From Mustelus asterias (lineage: Eukaryota): 64,000 nucleotides of DNA. The first letter of the stretch is position 1, and each line of letters begins with the position of its first letter. The position numbers and the translations under genes are program-made. Where the stretch lies: assembly GCF_964213995.1 (NCBI RefSeq), contig NC_135815.1, positions 78,616,001 to 78,680,000 on the forward strand, written 5' to 3'. Of this stretch, positions 24,209-37,585 are shown in pieces. A model generated the notes under the pieces. That model saw nothing but the letters and a program-made list of their open reading frames with translations, searched no databases and was not told where the DNA came from.

Positions 24209-25482
24209 TTTCTCTTTTATAATTTCTAGCTTGTTAAAAATTCTCATCCCTGTTTTCAAATCATTCCATGGCCATGCCCTTTCCTATTCCTGTAACCTCC
24301 ACCAGCTTTAAAATCCTTTGAGATACTGCACTCGTTCAATGTGAACAATTTGCACATCCCCAATTTAAAAATAAAATGTTTTTATTGAAGATTTTCCATT
24401 TTACCAAATGATGCCATGATGCCACAAACCCCCAAAACCCAGTACAGCGCAGAATAATCATCATTCCGCATGTACATTCAGAAGACACTGGCAAATGACG
24501 TAACAATTGATTCGGATTATCAATTACAATTTGTTATAATCAGCGCCTCCCTTCGCATGGATGATGCAAAAAGTGGGGGATATCAGCATAACAGGATAAA
24601 GCCATGGGAATATGGCACAATGGTGCACATTCACCCTCAGGATAACATGGATCAAGCTATCTAGCATAAGGGAGACCCAGGGTGTCAAATACAATCAATT
24701 GGAGCCTAAAACAGTACCTCAAAACCTCTGAAAGGATACCCCAGAAACAGGGGGACATCAGGATACAACCCAGACCCAAGATGTGGCGTGACAGTGTACA
24801 TTCTCTCACACAGGATAACAGGAGCAGAGCTACACAGCCTCGCCGGAAGAGTGCGGATAAAACAGTGCCTAGGTATCTAAACTCATCCTCAGGCCCCACA
24901 GATAACAGGATACCTTCCACTAGGAGTATAATTTCCACACCTCCCAAATACAAAATTTCCTTGCCTACACAGCCTGAGAAAGAATGCACTATTTAGACAA
25001 ATAGAAGGACAGCCCATAAGCCAAAGATTCTAACACCATGCTTGGGCTCACAAACAAACAAGTCTCATTCATCCCCAGCCACACTGGAGGTGCTGCTCAA
25101 GCCCCACCATCAGCTAAAGAATTTAACCCATTTTCTACCAAGGAGATCCCACCAACTGGAAGTAGGAGAATTGCCAAGACACCCACAAACGTGATATCTT
25201 CTTTCACTCCAGAGAGTGTAGCATAGTATCTGGGCTGACTTTGTAGTACTGGCGGAGGACTGCGCTGTCAGTGATGCCTTCTTTTGGATGAGATGTTCAC
25301 CTGAGACCTGTCTGTCCTTTTGGGTGGGCAATGAAGATCCCACAGTGCTCTCTGGTGTCCTGGTCAATATTTATCCTTCAACAAGCATCACTAAAAACAG
25401 ATTATCTGCTTATTAGCACATTGCTGTTTGTAGGACCTTGCTTTGTGCAAAATGGCTGTTGCATTTCCTACATTACAACAGT

Positions 25483-26265
25483 GATCTGAAGTAGATCAGT
25501 TCCACTTACCCGCCTGACCCCTATAACCCCTAATTCCCTTACCGATCAGGAATCCATCTATCCGTGATTTAAACATATTCAACGAGGTAGCCTCCACCAC
25601 TTCAGTGGGCAGAGAATTCCAGAGATTCACCGCCCTCTGAGAGAAGAAGTTCCTCCTCAACTCTGTCCTAAACTGACCCCCCTTTATTTTGAGGGCCTCT
25701 AGTTCTAGCTTCTTTTCTAAGTGGAAAGAATCTCTCCACCTCTACCCTATCCAGCCCCTTCAATATCTTATAGGTCTCTATAAGATCCCCCCTCAGCCTT
25801 CTAAATTCCAACGAGTACAAACCCAATCTGCTCAGTCTCTCCTCATAATCAACACCCCTCATCTCTGGTATCACCCTGGTGAACCTTCTCTGCACTCCCT
25901 CCAAGGCCAATATATCCTTCCGCAAATAAGGGGACCAATACTGCACACAGTATTCCAGCTGCGGCCTCACCAATGCCCTGTACAGATGCAGCAAGACACC
26001 TCTGCTTTTATATTCTATCCCCCTTGCGATATAGGCCAACATCCCATTTGCCTTCTTGATCACCTGTTGCACCTGCAGACTGGGTTTTTGCGTCTCATGC
26101 ACAAGGACCCCCAGGTCCCTTTGCACAGTAGCATGTTGTAATTTTTTTCCATTTAGATAATAATCCAATTTGCTATTATTTCCTCCAAAGTGAATAACCT
26201 CGCCTTTGTCAATGTTATACTCCATCTGCCAGATCCTCGCCCACTCACTCAGCCTGTCCAAATGT
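25483..26265 (-). mobile_element. CR1 3' part, young family
   Basis: ORF 25668..26261: LSEWARIWQMEYNIDK...LVRPQLEYCVQYWSP...LRGDLIETYKIL. Confidence 0.95.
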
Positions 26266-26749
26266 TTAGTCTTTGATGTTTAGTCTTTGCAAGGTAAAGG
26301 TCCATTTGCCAAACAATAACAGTGCCACCTTGTCAACAGGTTTAATGACAATGTTATGGTTGGACCATTGCCCTCCTCTGTTTGGCTGAATTTATTCTTG
26401 CCTTGAACAATATATTTGACTCACTCCTTTACGCCAAATAAAAAGGTGTTCCCATGGGAATTCCTAGGGTCCTAGTTATACCTGCTTTTTCTTGTGATAC
26501 ATGCAGCATTCTTTGTTCCAGCCATACACTGTTCCCCTCTTCCACCTCTTTTCCTAATATATCAATTACTGTATTGGTGCCATTTATTGCTCTCATCTCA
26601 ATGTGCTGACATGGAGGAAATTGACCATGTTTCAGAAACCCGATAGAAGTTATTTAATGACGATTCACATTGAGTCGCCCATACTTCTTAATAATTCAGC
26701 TTCTGCTCACAAAATAAGCACATACAAAGAATGGTGTAAGAACGTTTAC

Positions 26750-26796
26750 CTGCGAGATCTGTAATGTTAACTCTGTCCCTGCAATGACTTCAGTCT
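26750..26796 (-). CDS. ARHGEF33: ARHGEF33 short coding exon (47 nt, or 50 nt with the upstream AG)
   Basis: ttttatttttctgagcag|AG ACT GAA...ATC TCG CAG|gtaaac. ETEVIAGTELTLQISQ corresponds to human ENEHMPVNNPSTQIYQ. Phase 1 to 0. Confidence 0.78.
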
Positions 26797-27999
26797 CTGC
26801 TCAGAAAAATAAAATGAGATTCAATTTATGAAGAGTACATAATTTGAGGACATCGAGTTAAGATAATTGACAAAAGAACAAGAGGGGAGAGATGAACAAC
26901 ATTTTTACAAAGTAAGTTGTTATCAGCTGAAATGCATTGCTTGAAAGGGTGGCAGAAGCAGATTCAATAATACATGTCAAAAGATAATTGGATATTTGAA
27001 CTGGAAAAAAAAATCAGGCTTATGGGGAATAGATCTTTCAAAGAGCTGGCACAAGGCATGATGGGCTGAATGGCCTCCTGTACTGTATCATTTTATGATT
27101 CTATAGAAATGTTGTGTTTATATATATATTTATGTTTCAATATAAATGGAATGTGAAGTATAATTCTATCTGGGTATCCAAGAGTAGAGTAAAACTACCA
27201 TCAGCTGGGACTATTGACAGTGAGATACCCAAATGACCTCCTGGGAGGAGATATGAATGTATTACAAAAGCAAAATACTGCAGGTGCAGGAAATCTGAAA
27301 GAAAAAGAGAAAATACCAGAAATACTCAGCAGTTCCAGCACATCCATGGACAGAGACATAGAATTAACAGGCCTGATTTTCACCTTTGAGACCGGAATTG
27401 TGAGTCGGGCCATTTCCCAGCATCACAATCCCGCCTCTTGTCCAGCAGTGCCTGCCCATGCGGGGATGGGCTGGAGTCGGGCACGCTGCATCTAGAAGCA
27501 GTCCTGGGCGGAAACACAGGCAGGTGAATGTTGAGGTGGGCAGTTTAGAACGCCTGCCTCCATATGATGGGATATCTGCCCAGTTCTCCTTATTCCTCAC
27601 CCCTCTGAACTCATGCCCTCTTGAAATGGCCTATGCGCTTTTGGGGAGAAACCTATATTTTATGTTGGCATGATGGTCCCTTTAAGAAGTAGCTTTCTCT
27701 AGGGATAAGATTTTTCAGATGGGGTTTCCCACCCAGCCACCCAAAGAGTTGGTAGAGAACACAGCGCTATAAATACTTGCTGACATGCATTCATTTAACG
27801 CAGCGAGGACCATTAGTTGGCTGGAGACAATATTTCTACCCCTCATTTGGGAGGAAATCCAGTTTCAGTGGTTACTTATGTTTTAAGAACAAAACCCTAT
27901 TATCAATCATTGCATTACAAAATTTGTCATGACACCAGGTATTGCAGATACACTAGCCATGATTTTCCAATCCCACTTAAATTCAGGGGTGTTGCCAGG

Positions 28000-29830
28000 T
28001 GACTGAAGAATTGAAAATGATAAACTCTTGTTCAAAAAAGGGAGTAAAGATAAGCCCAGCAACTACAGTGCTAATCAGTTTATCCTTGGTGGGGAACTTT
28101 TTAGAATTGATAATCCAGGATAAAATTAAAGGTCCTTTGGGCAATGCGAGTTAACTAAGGAAAACCATCAGCGATTTGTTACCGTCAAATGGTGTTCAAC
28201 TAACTTGCTTTATTTTTTTGATGAGGTAACAGAGGGTTGATGAGAGTAATGCTGTTGATGTTGTCATGTGACTGTACCTTTAAGAAAGTTTTTTCTTTAA
28301 ATCATGCAGCTTCCAGCTTCAGTGATGTCATTGTGGGTGGAGCTAAGCTGTGGCAGTCAGGTGATTGGGCTTTCAGTTTTGTTTGTGGCAGTCAGGTGAA
28401 AGGGGTTTTTTCCTTTGGGCTTTCAGTTTTGTTTTGCGGTGTGTTGCAAGCAGTTATAGCAGCAAGCTAAGAAGCAGTCTCTACGCCCCGCCCCCCCCCC
28501 CAGTTCTTCTCTATAAGGAGCTGTGTTTTGGGGAAACAGATTCGATTACAACCTCTTTTGAGTTTCTTCACAAGGGATTTTCAGCATTAAACCCAGGAGG
28601 CTGGATTCCTGTAACAAGTGGACATTAACCTCTACTGTATTGTACTTATTTGGAGGGTTTTGTGTATTGGATGTTGGCTTTGGTTGGAACACATTAGAGA
28701 TATTCCTCAAGAGTTGTACATTATAGTGGTTGTTGTGTTTCTTGTCTGTAATTGTTAAAAGTTCTTGCTAATTGTCTTACTATACATGTCAACAATATTC
28801 TTAATTAAACTTTGTTTGTGATAAAAGCTCCTCATGGATCAGTTGAATCATACCTGGAGTGAAACCTCTCATGCTAATCCTAGCCAAATTCAACGTAAGA
28901 CATTATAGGTCAGGCAAGCTTCACAGAACACCTTGAAGTATCCGACCTGATTTGTAACAATGTGGTGTTACATGAACTTCAAAAAGACATTTAATAAAGT
29001 ACTGCACAACAGAATTGTGAGCAAAGTTACAGCTCATGAAATAAATGGGACAGTAGCAACATGGATATGAACTTCAAAAGGACATGGACAGGTTGGTGGA
29101 ATGGGCAGACAAGCAGCAGGTGAAAAATGTGAAGTGATTTATGTTGGTAGGAAGAACTTGGAGAGACAACATAACATAAAGGGTACAATTCTGAAGGGGG
29201 TGCAGGAGCAGAGGGGCCTGTGTGTGTACATAAATCATTGAAGGTGTCAGAACAGGTTGAGAAAGTAGTTAATAAAGCAGTTTGGGTCTTTGGCTGTATT
29301 AATAGGGGCAGAGAGCACAACAGCAAGGAAGTTATGTTAAATTAGTGTAAAACACTGATTCAACTTCAACTAAAGTATTGTATCCAGTTCTGGGCATCAC
29401 ACTTTAGGAAGGATGTGAAGGCATTATAGTGGGTGTAGAGAATGGTTCTAGAGGTGAGGAATTGCAGTTGCATAAATTGGAGAAGCTGGGACTGTTCTCC
29501 TTGAAGGAGAGAAGGTTGAAAGAAGATTAGATAAATGTATTCAAAATCATGAAAGGTCTGGACAGAGTAGATAGGAAGGAACTGTTCACATTGCTGTTGC
29601 TTCTTTCTCAATCCTTCCACCAATGTGAGGAAAACTTTTTCACTTAGTGAATGGTTAGGGTCTGAAATGCACCACTTAAGAGGAGAGTGGGGACAGAACC
29701 AATCAAGGATTTTATCTGCAAAGGAAAAATTTGCAGGATCATGGGGAAAAGGCACAGGCAAGTGACACCTGATGAATTGCTCCTTCAGAGAGATGACACA
29801 GACATGATGGATCAAACAGCCTCCTTCTGT
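28000..29830 (+). mobile_element. Old CR1 RT fragment interrupted by a solo LTR
   Basis: Decayed CR1 RT coding sequence on both sides of the LTR, continuous across the insertion point. Confidence 0.75.
28262..28959 (+). mobile_element. Solo LTR (probably Gypsy-type), 698 bp
   Basis: Starts TGTCA and ends TAACA; 4-bp TSD ATGT at 28258-28261 and 28960-28963. Confidence 0.8.
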
Positions 29831-31719
29831 AACCGTTTGTTGATTCTAAGAGGGTGATTATTAATCCTGTAGCATGATAACCCATGCATAAGAATTAAGT
29901 TTTAGATTATTGGAGGCTCAGCCTTTTGAAGTGAGCACATGTAAAGAGGGTTGAATTTGTTGAGGCATGTAACAAGAAAGGCTTTGTTTTCGACGTGACC
30001 TAAAAAACATCTCTGCAAATGACGATGGGACTGTTCTTCACAGCCTCATCTACTCAGTTTATTTATCACACTGGCTTTCCAATAGTAACATATGGTTTAA
30101 GAATTTTAAAGCACTGCAAACTTGTAGAAACTTTGCATCCTTTTTGGTGACTAGCTCAAGTGGGACAGAGATGAAGGTTTGGTAGCAGGATTTGGCACTG
30201 TCTTTCATTGTAATGGGGCATGTACTGAAGGGACCCAAAATGGGGATAAATAATCACTAAATGGTATGAAAATAACAACTTGCATTTATATAGCACCCTT
30301 AATTTAATAAAGTGTTGCAAGCTGCTTCACGGGAATGTTAACAAGCAGATTTGGAACCGAACCACATGAGATGATCCTATTAGGATAAGTGACCAAAAGA
30401 TTGGTCAAGAAAATAGGATTTAAGGAGAGTTTTGTTGTAAAGGCATAGGAAGGGAATTTCAGAACTTATGGCCTAGACAGCTGTGGACATATGGATCAAT
30501 GAAAATTGGGGATGTGCAAGAAGTCAGAATTGAAGGACTATAAAATCTAGGAGAGTTGCAGGGCTGGAGGAGCTTAAAGAGATAGGGAGGGATGATGTCA
30601 TGAAAACAAGGATTTGAGGCATTACCAAACCAGGAGCCAGTGTATGGGATTCTGTGCAAGTTAGGACATGCCTAATAGAGTTTTGGATGAGCTAAGATAT
30701 TCAAGATCCAAGATGTTTCTGGTATCTCAGCCAACTAAATGATATGGAAAGTCCATGAATGGAACAAATGAAGGAATTAGGATATTTACTAGCTAATGAA
30801 GTGGCAACTATTTGAAAATTACAGTAATGTTTCTGTCCCAAATAAAGTATACAATGCAGAATTACGATATTATCTTTAAGTTCGTTTTTCTGCATTGAGG
30901 TAAAGTCTCCTCTAATCATTTCAATGAAAGAATTGGCTCAACTGAAGTTCCATTGAAAGACCTTCAATTGCAGGATGCAGTAAAGTGAGAACATTGCATT
31001 TCTGATTCATTGTTGCAGCATATGATGCTGGGCAGGATTTTCCATACAATCTGTGGCCCACTGTTGGCTGACAATGGGATCTTCTGGTTCGCCCTTATCA
31101 ACTGAGTTTTCCATTGTATGCAACCCTTGCTGCTGGGAAACCTGCAGCAGGGGTCTACTGCGGGACCGGAAGTTCCTGCCGACGTGAACAACCGGAAAAT
31201 TCCATCCACTGTCTTTGTAAAGTATCCCCCCTGTTCTTTTTCCCAATCTCCTCTGAGTGGTAGAACTTCAATAGTAACTATCAAGATGAAATTGGATATA
31301 CACTTGAAAAGGAGAGATCTAAAGGGCTATGGATAAGAAGTAGGGGAGTAGAGCTATTTGGAAAGCTCTTTCAAAGAGTTGGCAAGGGCTAATGGACTAA
31401 ATGGCCTTTCTCTGTGCTGTATGACTTGATGACTAGGCATTAACTGCAGCCAAAGCGGCTCGAGAAAATAGGGCTTATTCCTAGATCTTCATCAATTCTA
31501 CTCTGAACCATCTTGAACCATCCGTTTGCTATATGGATACATATAGTGGAGACATTGAGCTGCATCCAAAAATCCTTAGCTTAGTGTGTTGTCTCACCTT
31601 TTAGCAATTTTAAATAATGGCAAGTATGTCCGCAGCTGTGGACCATTGTGGTTATTTGATTGACTAAGACAATGCACAGAGATACCAGATAGAGTGGGCA
31701 GTGCCAAATATAGAATGAT

Positions 31720-32095
31720 TTTAAAAAAGGAGCAGCAGGAGGCCATTCGGCCCTTCAAGTCTGCTCCACCATTCATTGTGATCATGGCAGATCATCCATC
31801 TCAATAGCCTGATCCCACCTTCTCCCCATATCCTTCAATCCCCTTCACCCCAAGTGCTATATCTAGCTGCTTCTTGAAATCATACAACGTTTTGGCCTCA
31901 ACTGCCTTCTGTTGCAGTGAATTCCACAGGCTGACCACTCTCTGGGTGAAGAAATTGCTCCTCATCTCTGCCCTAAATGGTCTATCCTGTATCCTCAGAC
32001 TGTGACCCTCTGGTTCTGAACAGCCCCTCCATCTGGAACATTCTTCTTGCATCTACCCTGTCTAGTCCTTTAGAATTTTATAAGTTTCTGTGAGA
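31720..32095 (-). mobile_element. CR1 3' end
   Basis: GHSLRIQDRPFRAEMRSNFFTQRVVSLWNSL. Confidence 0.88.
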
Positions 32096-32469
32096 TCACC
32101 CCCTTTCCCCCACCCCCCAGCTCCCCCTCATCCCCCAGCTCCCCCTCATGTCTCCTGACTTAGGATATTCTGCTATGCTGTGTGGTGAAAAATAAATGAT
32201 TGTTATTGATAGATAGTTGGAATGTCAGCTGTTCTTTGTTTCTTTATGATGGAACTGAATAGCTTATGACTTTGGCGAAGAGTAGTCAAATAAGTCACCT
32301 GATTTTTCTTGTATGTTTCAGAAATTACTTTAATTATTCATTTGTTCCGCACCTTCAGTTAGGAAGTTGGGTATTGAATTATCTAGTGAAATTCAATTAA
32401 TTTGGATTTCAAGCAGAATTATTACTTGAAGGAAGCACATTGAAATATAATAGATAAAATGTACCAAAC

Positions 32470-33760
32470 GTACATACAAACATGCAAATTAGGAGTAGGC
32501 CATTTGGCCCCTTGAGCCTGCTCCGCCATTCAGTAAGACCATGGTTGATCTGATTGTAACCTCAACTCCACATTCTCATTAACCCCCAATTACCTTTCGC
32601 CCCCTTGCTAATCAAGAATAAATTTACCTCCTACCTTAAAAATATTCAAAGATTCTGCTTTACTGCCTTTTGAAAAAGAGTGTTTCAAAGACTCATGACC
32701 CTCATCCCTGTCTTAAATGCATGATTCCTTGGCTAAGATTCTCCCGTCCTGCTGCAGGGAATGGAGATGTGGCTAAGTGCCAAATTCTCTGTCCTCTCTG
32801 GCAATGGCGGTGAGGCATGAACGGCCAGAGAATTCCAATCCTTATTTTTAAACAGTAACCCCTAGCTCTAGATTCTCCCACAAGAGGAAATATCCTCTCC
32901 AATCCACCCTGTCTAGACCCCTCAGGATCTTGTATGTTTCAATCAATTTACTCTTCTAAACTCCAATGGATACAAGCCTAGCCTGTCCAACCTTTCCACA
33001 TAAGACAACCCACCCATTCCAGGTATTAGTCTAGTGAACCTTCTCTGAACTGCTTCCAATGCATTTACATCCTTCCTTAAATAAAGGAGACTAATACTGT
33101 GCACAGCACTTGAGCTGTGATCTCACCAATGGCCTGTACAACCAAAGCATAACCTCCTTACTTTTGTGTTCAATGCCCCTCGCAATAAATGATAATATTC
33201 TATTGGCTTTCCTGCTGTACTTGCATACTAGCCGATTCATGCACCAGAACATCCAGATCCCTCTGCATCTCAGAGGTTTGCAATCTAAATTGTATGCTTT
33301 TTTATTTATCCTGCCAAGATGGACAGTTTCCTACAATATACTCCATTTACCAGATCTTTTCTCACTCACTTAACTTGTCTATATCCCTTGGTAACCTCCT
33401 TATGTCTTCTTCACAACTTACTTTCGTACCTATGAAATGTACCATTCTCCTCGTGTCTGCGTGGGTTTCCTCCGGGTGCTCCAGTTTCCTCCCACAGTCA
33501 AAAGATGTGCGGGTTAGGTTGATTGGCCATGCTAAAATTGCCCTTAGAGTCCTGGGATGCGTAGGCTAGAGGGATTAGTGGGTAAATATGTAGGGATATG
33601 GGCGTAGGGCCTGGGTGGGATTGTGGTCGGTGCGGACTCGATGGGCCGAATGGCCTCCTTCTGCACTGTAGGGTTTCTATGATTTCTTTCTATGATTTCT
33701 ATCTTTGTGTCATCAGCAAACTGAGCAATCAAACTTTCAACCCCTTTATCCAAGTCATTT
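32470..33760 (-). mobile_element. CR1 3' part with a nested MITE (about 32735-32835) and a partial HE1 SINE (33446-33700, +)
   Basis: IAQFADDTKI motif, RIFPLVGESRARG and CR1 tail; SINE V-domain and tail lie inside. Confidence 0.85.
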
Positions 33761-33872
33761 ATATTGTACTCTTACATTAACACTTTTGTCTGTTCAAATA
33801 GTTCATGGCACAATTACTTAGAAAATATTATTTTGCATCTATCAGCAATAAATAAACATTTCAACATCATAC

Positions 33873-33891
33873 CTTCATTTTTCTTCTCCAT
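33873..33891 (-). CDS. ARHGEF33: ARHGEF33 probable first coding exon (ATG)
   Basis: aataATG GAG AAG AAA AAT GAA G|gtatga gives MEKKNE(E), compare human MEKTKTKQG. Good Kozak context (A at -3, G at +4); the phase-1 donor fits the next exon. Confidence 0.7.
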
Positions 33892-35287
33892 TATTGATTT
33901 CTTAAATTCTCAACTCCAGGCTTCCTTTCGATGGTTCCAAAATGCCCACTGATCATGCAGCTTGGGTGACAAAGGGTGGCTGTTTGTCTATTGTAAGCAT
34001 CAAGATGTTGTGATAAACCACCATTATATGTGCGATGAAAGGTGGCTTTATATGTTCAGTGCTTTGATGTTCCCTATGGATAGAATGGAAGCAGCCTAAT
34101 TAGCAACGCATGTGAAGTGTAGATAGCTGTGCAAATTGAACTTGAGCAAGATGTTCATGAAATGATCGATTAATTTCTGCATAATATAAGGCTAGGTTTC
34201 AAAGGTGGGACTAAATAGTATGTTCTTTTAATTTAGGCTTTGTTAATATCAGAAAATGTGCAAAGAATAGATATAAACAATCCATTACACTCTCCATCAC
34301 TTACACACACAGTCCGTGCTTAGCATGAGTAGCAGCCATATTAGACAAATGGCACCAACCATTACAATAGTGCGGTTTATAAATCTATTAATGGTGCCAA
34401 CTATTTTGGGCAATTCACTAAGTACCCACTCATTTAAAAAGTTCTGCTGAAATTATCCAAATCAGGCTTTCAAGCAGGTTAGGGTCTTAAAGCAGCTATT
34501 TATATCAGTTAAAGGTTGATTACCTTACTGATAAGATTTTGAATGTCACTGCTCATAATCAGGAGAGGCTGTTGCTAAGTGAGATTTCCTCTTTAAAAAA
34601 ATTACTTTTTGGTTTACCAGATATCACCTATAGCAAATTGATTGTGTTAAAACCATGGGACTGCCAAAGCAGTGGGGACTGATCTGGAAATGCAATAATG
34701 AATGAACACAGATTTAGAAGGCACCTGATCAACATCTCCAGGTTGAAATTGCAATGTGACATGATGAAAGGTACCTAAATTTATAGAAAGATTTGGATAA
34801 AGTCTCACAAATATGCTACTTCACAAGCTCTGGATATCCTACACGAATTTTCGGTTAATAAGGAATGAGATTGGAAAGTACTAGCTATGGGTTGTGATGT
34901 GGCACTGGGGAGGTTTGCTGAATGAAATACTGTCTTAAATTTACACCCTATCAGAAGATTTTGACTTTCAGGTGATTGATTGGCAGAGGCCCCCATCACT
35001 TTGAAGCTCCAGTCTCAACCACATTTGGTAGAATACCAAAGAATACCAAACAGGAGGCTTGATACATAGAAAGAAACATAGAAAGAAACATACAACTTGC
35101 TAAATAGAACATTGAAAATTGGATGAGAGCTCCCACCAGAAAGGCAAGTTGTGAGGGTGCAGGGAGGATAGTAGGTCATGATCGTGGTGGGTGTGGTTCC
35201 TGAGGTGGCAGGAACCTCACTGCTCTGAGATCCACTAAGATAATTGAGCAATTATCTTTGGGATATAGCATCTTTTCTTTCATCAAC

Positions 35288-35567
35288 TGTAGTAATTCAG
35301 CCACACGCCAGTTTCCCATTACCGTCACCAACCTTTATTGTGTACCAAAGGAAAAGGCTGCTCCCGTGGCTTACAGTCAGGTAGTCTTCAATTCAGGACC
35401 TACAACACCAGTCCGGGTAAAGCTACAGGCTTAGATACTCCTGCTGGCTGATTCCCATTGAGCGAGCCACTGCTCACTCAATAAGGCAGCTCGTACTCTA
35501 CAAGGTCCATGGGTAGACCTATTAATGATTCCCTGTGGCCTTCGTGGTCATCATAACATCCCTCCCC
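35288..35567 (-). mobile_element. 3' LTR (271 bp) with adjacent polypurine tract
   Basis: Minus strand reads GGGGAGGGA|TGTTATGATG...AATAAA...TTACTACA. LTR at 35288-35558, PPT at 35559-35567. Confidence 0.65.
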
Positions 35568-35739
35568 ATTAAGTCCACACCTCTCCTAGTACCCTCTTTT
35601 CGAGGATGTCACCGTCAAATCATGTAACCAGCTCTTAAAACAATTATTCAACTACTTAAATATATAATAGTTCTGACCTAAAATGGCAATTCGGGTTTTA
35701 TTTGTGCAATAGGAATCTGATTTCCACATTCCCTTCGTC

Positions 35740-36285
35740 AGACCCCACTTAGAGTACTGTGCTCAGTTCTGGTCACCTCATTACAGGAAGGATGTAGAAA
35801 TTATTGAAAGGGTGCAGAGAAGATTTACAAGGATGTTGCCTGGATTGGGTGGCATGCCTTATGAGGATAGGTTGAGGGCGCTCGGTCTTTTCTCCTTGGA
35901 GAGACGAAGGATGAGAGGTGACCTGATAGAGGTGTACAAGATGTTGAGAGGTATAGATCGGGTGGATTCTCAGAGGCTTTTTCCCAGGGCTGAAATGGCT
36001 GCTACGAGAGGACACAGGTTTAAGGTGCTGGGGAGTAGGTACAGGGGAGATGTCGGGGTAAGTTTTTCACTCAGAGGGTGGTGGGTGAGTGGAATCGGCT
36101 GCCGTCAATGGTGGCGGAGGCAAACTCGATAGGGTTTTTTAAGAGACTTCTGGATGAGTACATGGGACTTAATAGGATTGAGGGTTATAGGTAAGCCTAT
36201 ATATAGGCCTAGGTAGGGAGGGACATGACCGGCGCAACTTGTGGGCCGAAGGGCCTGTTTGTGCTGTAGTTTTTCTATGTTCTAA
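35740..36285 (+). mobile_element. CR1 3' end
   Basis: VRPHLEYCAQFWSP...QRRFTRMLPGL...MRGDLIEVYKML. Confidence 0.93.
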
Positions 36286-37289
36286 AACAGGACCTATTGC
36301 TTGAAACAGAGCAGTATTTTAGATACCTAGGGGTTCACCCCCTTTTCAAAATGGAGCCTGCTACCTAGGCTGTTAATAGGGTAGTTATGCTACCAATCCT
36401 ATTTTTGAGGTCGCTAATGCACTGTTAAAGCCAGGCAAGAACAGAGAAATCAACCCTTATAATCATAAGTATAATAACGATTAATTGATTTTGCAGGTGA
36501 GAGTGGAGGGCAAAAATAAGCTAGATGAAATTCAATGGGTGGGATTCTTTGGTCTTGTTCATCCTGCCCTCTCTGCCAGTAAGAACAGAAAATTTGGAGC
36601 TCGGCCAAAACTCGATTTTCTGCAGTGGCACTGAAGAATTCCAGCCACGGACGAGGTCAGAGGTTTTTTTTACGGCAAATATGGTTAAGTGCAGAGTAAT
36701 ACACAGTGATGCAAGTATAAGGACAGCTACACTTCTTATGTGCATTTCTGTGAGAGGCTTTTATTAAACCGATCTCAAAATGTCTGCCCCTAGAGGCAGA
36801 GTGGTGATCAGCACATCTGGAGCAATGCAACACGATGGCAGAAAGTCTTTGTTGCGCTTGCCTTGAGGTACTTGTGAACTGAGGACTGCCTTGTCCATGT
36901 CACTCTTTAGCAATTGTGTTTTAGACCAATGTAATTTCACACTAGCATGGAGGCCTGACAGGATGCTGGCAGGTACCTCTCTGACGAAGGGTCTTCCACA
37001 CTTGAAACATTGGCTCTATTCTCTGTCCACAGATGCTGTCAGACCTGCTAAGATTTTCCAGCATTTTCTATTTTTGAATTGGGAAAACTGCCAAGTTTGC
37101 CACACATCACTGGAGATGGGATTAGAAAATTTACTGCAGCCATTTTTATTTACTCAATTTATTTGCCAGTATAAGGTCAGCTGTACTTCTTTAGTGTGTT
37201 TTGGTGAAAGGATTTTATTGCAATGATCTCAAGATATCTGTCCCCAGAGGCAGACTCCTCACTGCAAACTTACATGGCAAACCAGTTAG

Positions 37290-37585
37290 TTATAGAATCA
37301 TAGAGGTTTGTCCATGCCACCCCTTTTTTTAAATCCCTAAGCTAGTCCCAATTGCCCGCATTTGGCCCATATTCCTCTGTACCAATTTTACCCATGTAAC
37401 TGTCTAAACGCTTTTTAAAAGACAAAATTGTACTCGGCTCTACTACTACTTCTGACAGCTTGTTCCAGACACTCACCACCCTCTGTGAAAGAATTGCCCC
37501 TCTGGACCTTTTGTATCTCTTCCCTCTCACCTTTAAACCTATGCCCTCTAGTTTTAGACTCCCCTACCTTTGGGAAAAGATATTG
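37290..37585 (-). mobile_element. CR1 3' end
   Basis: SQRVVSVWNKLSEVVVE...FKKRLDSYM followed by the tail. Confidence 0.8.
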
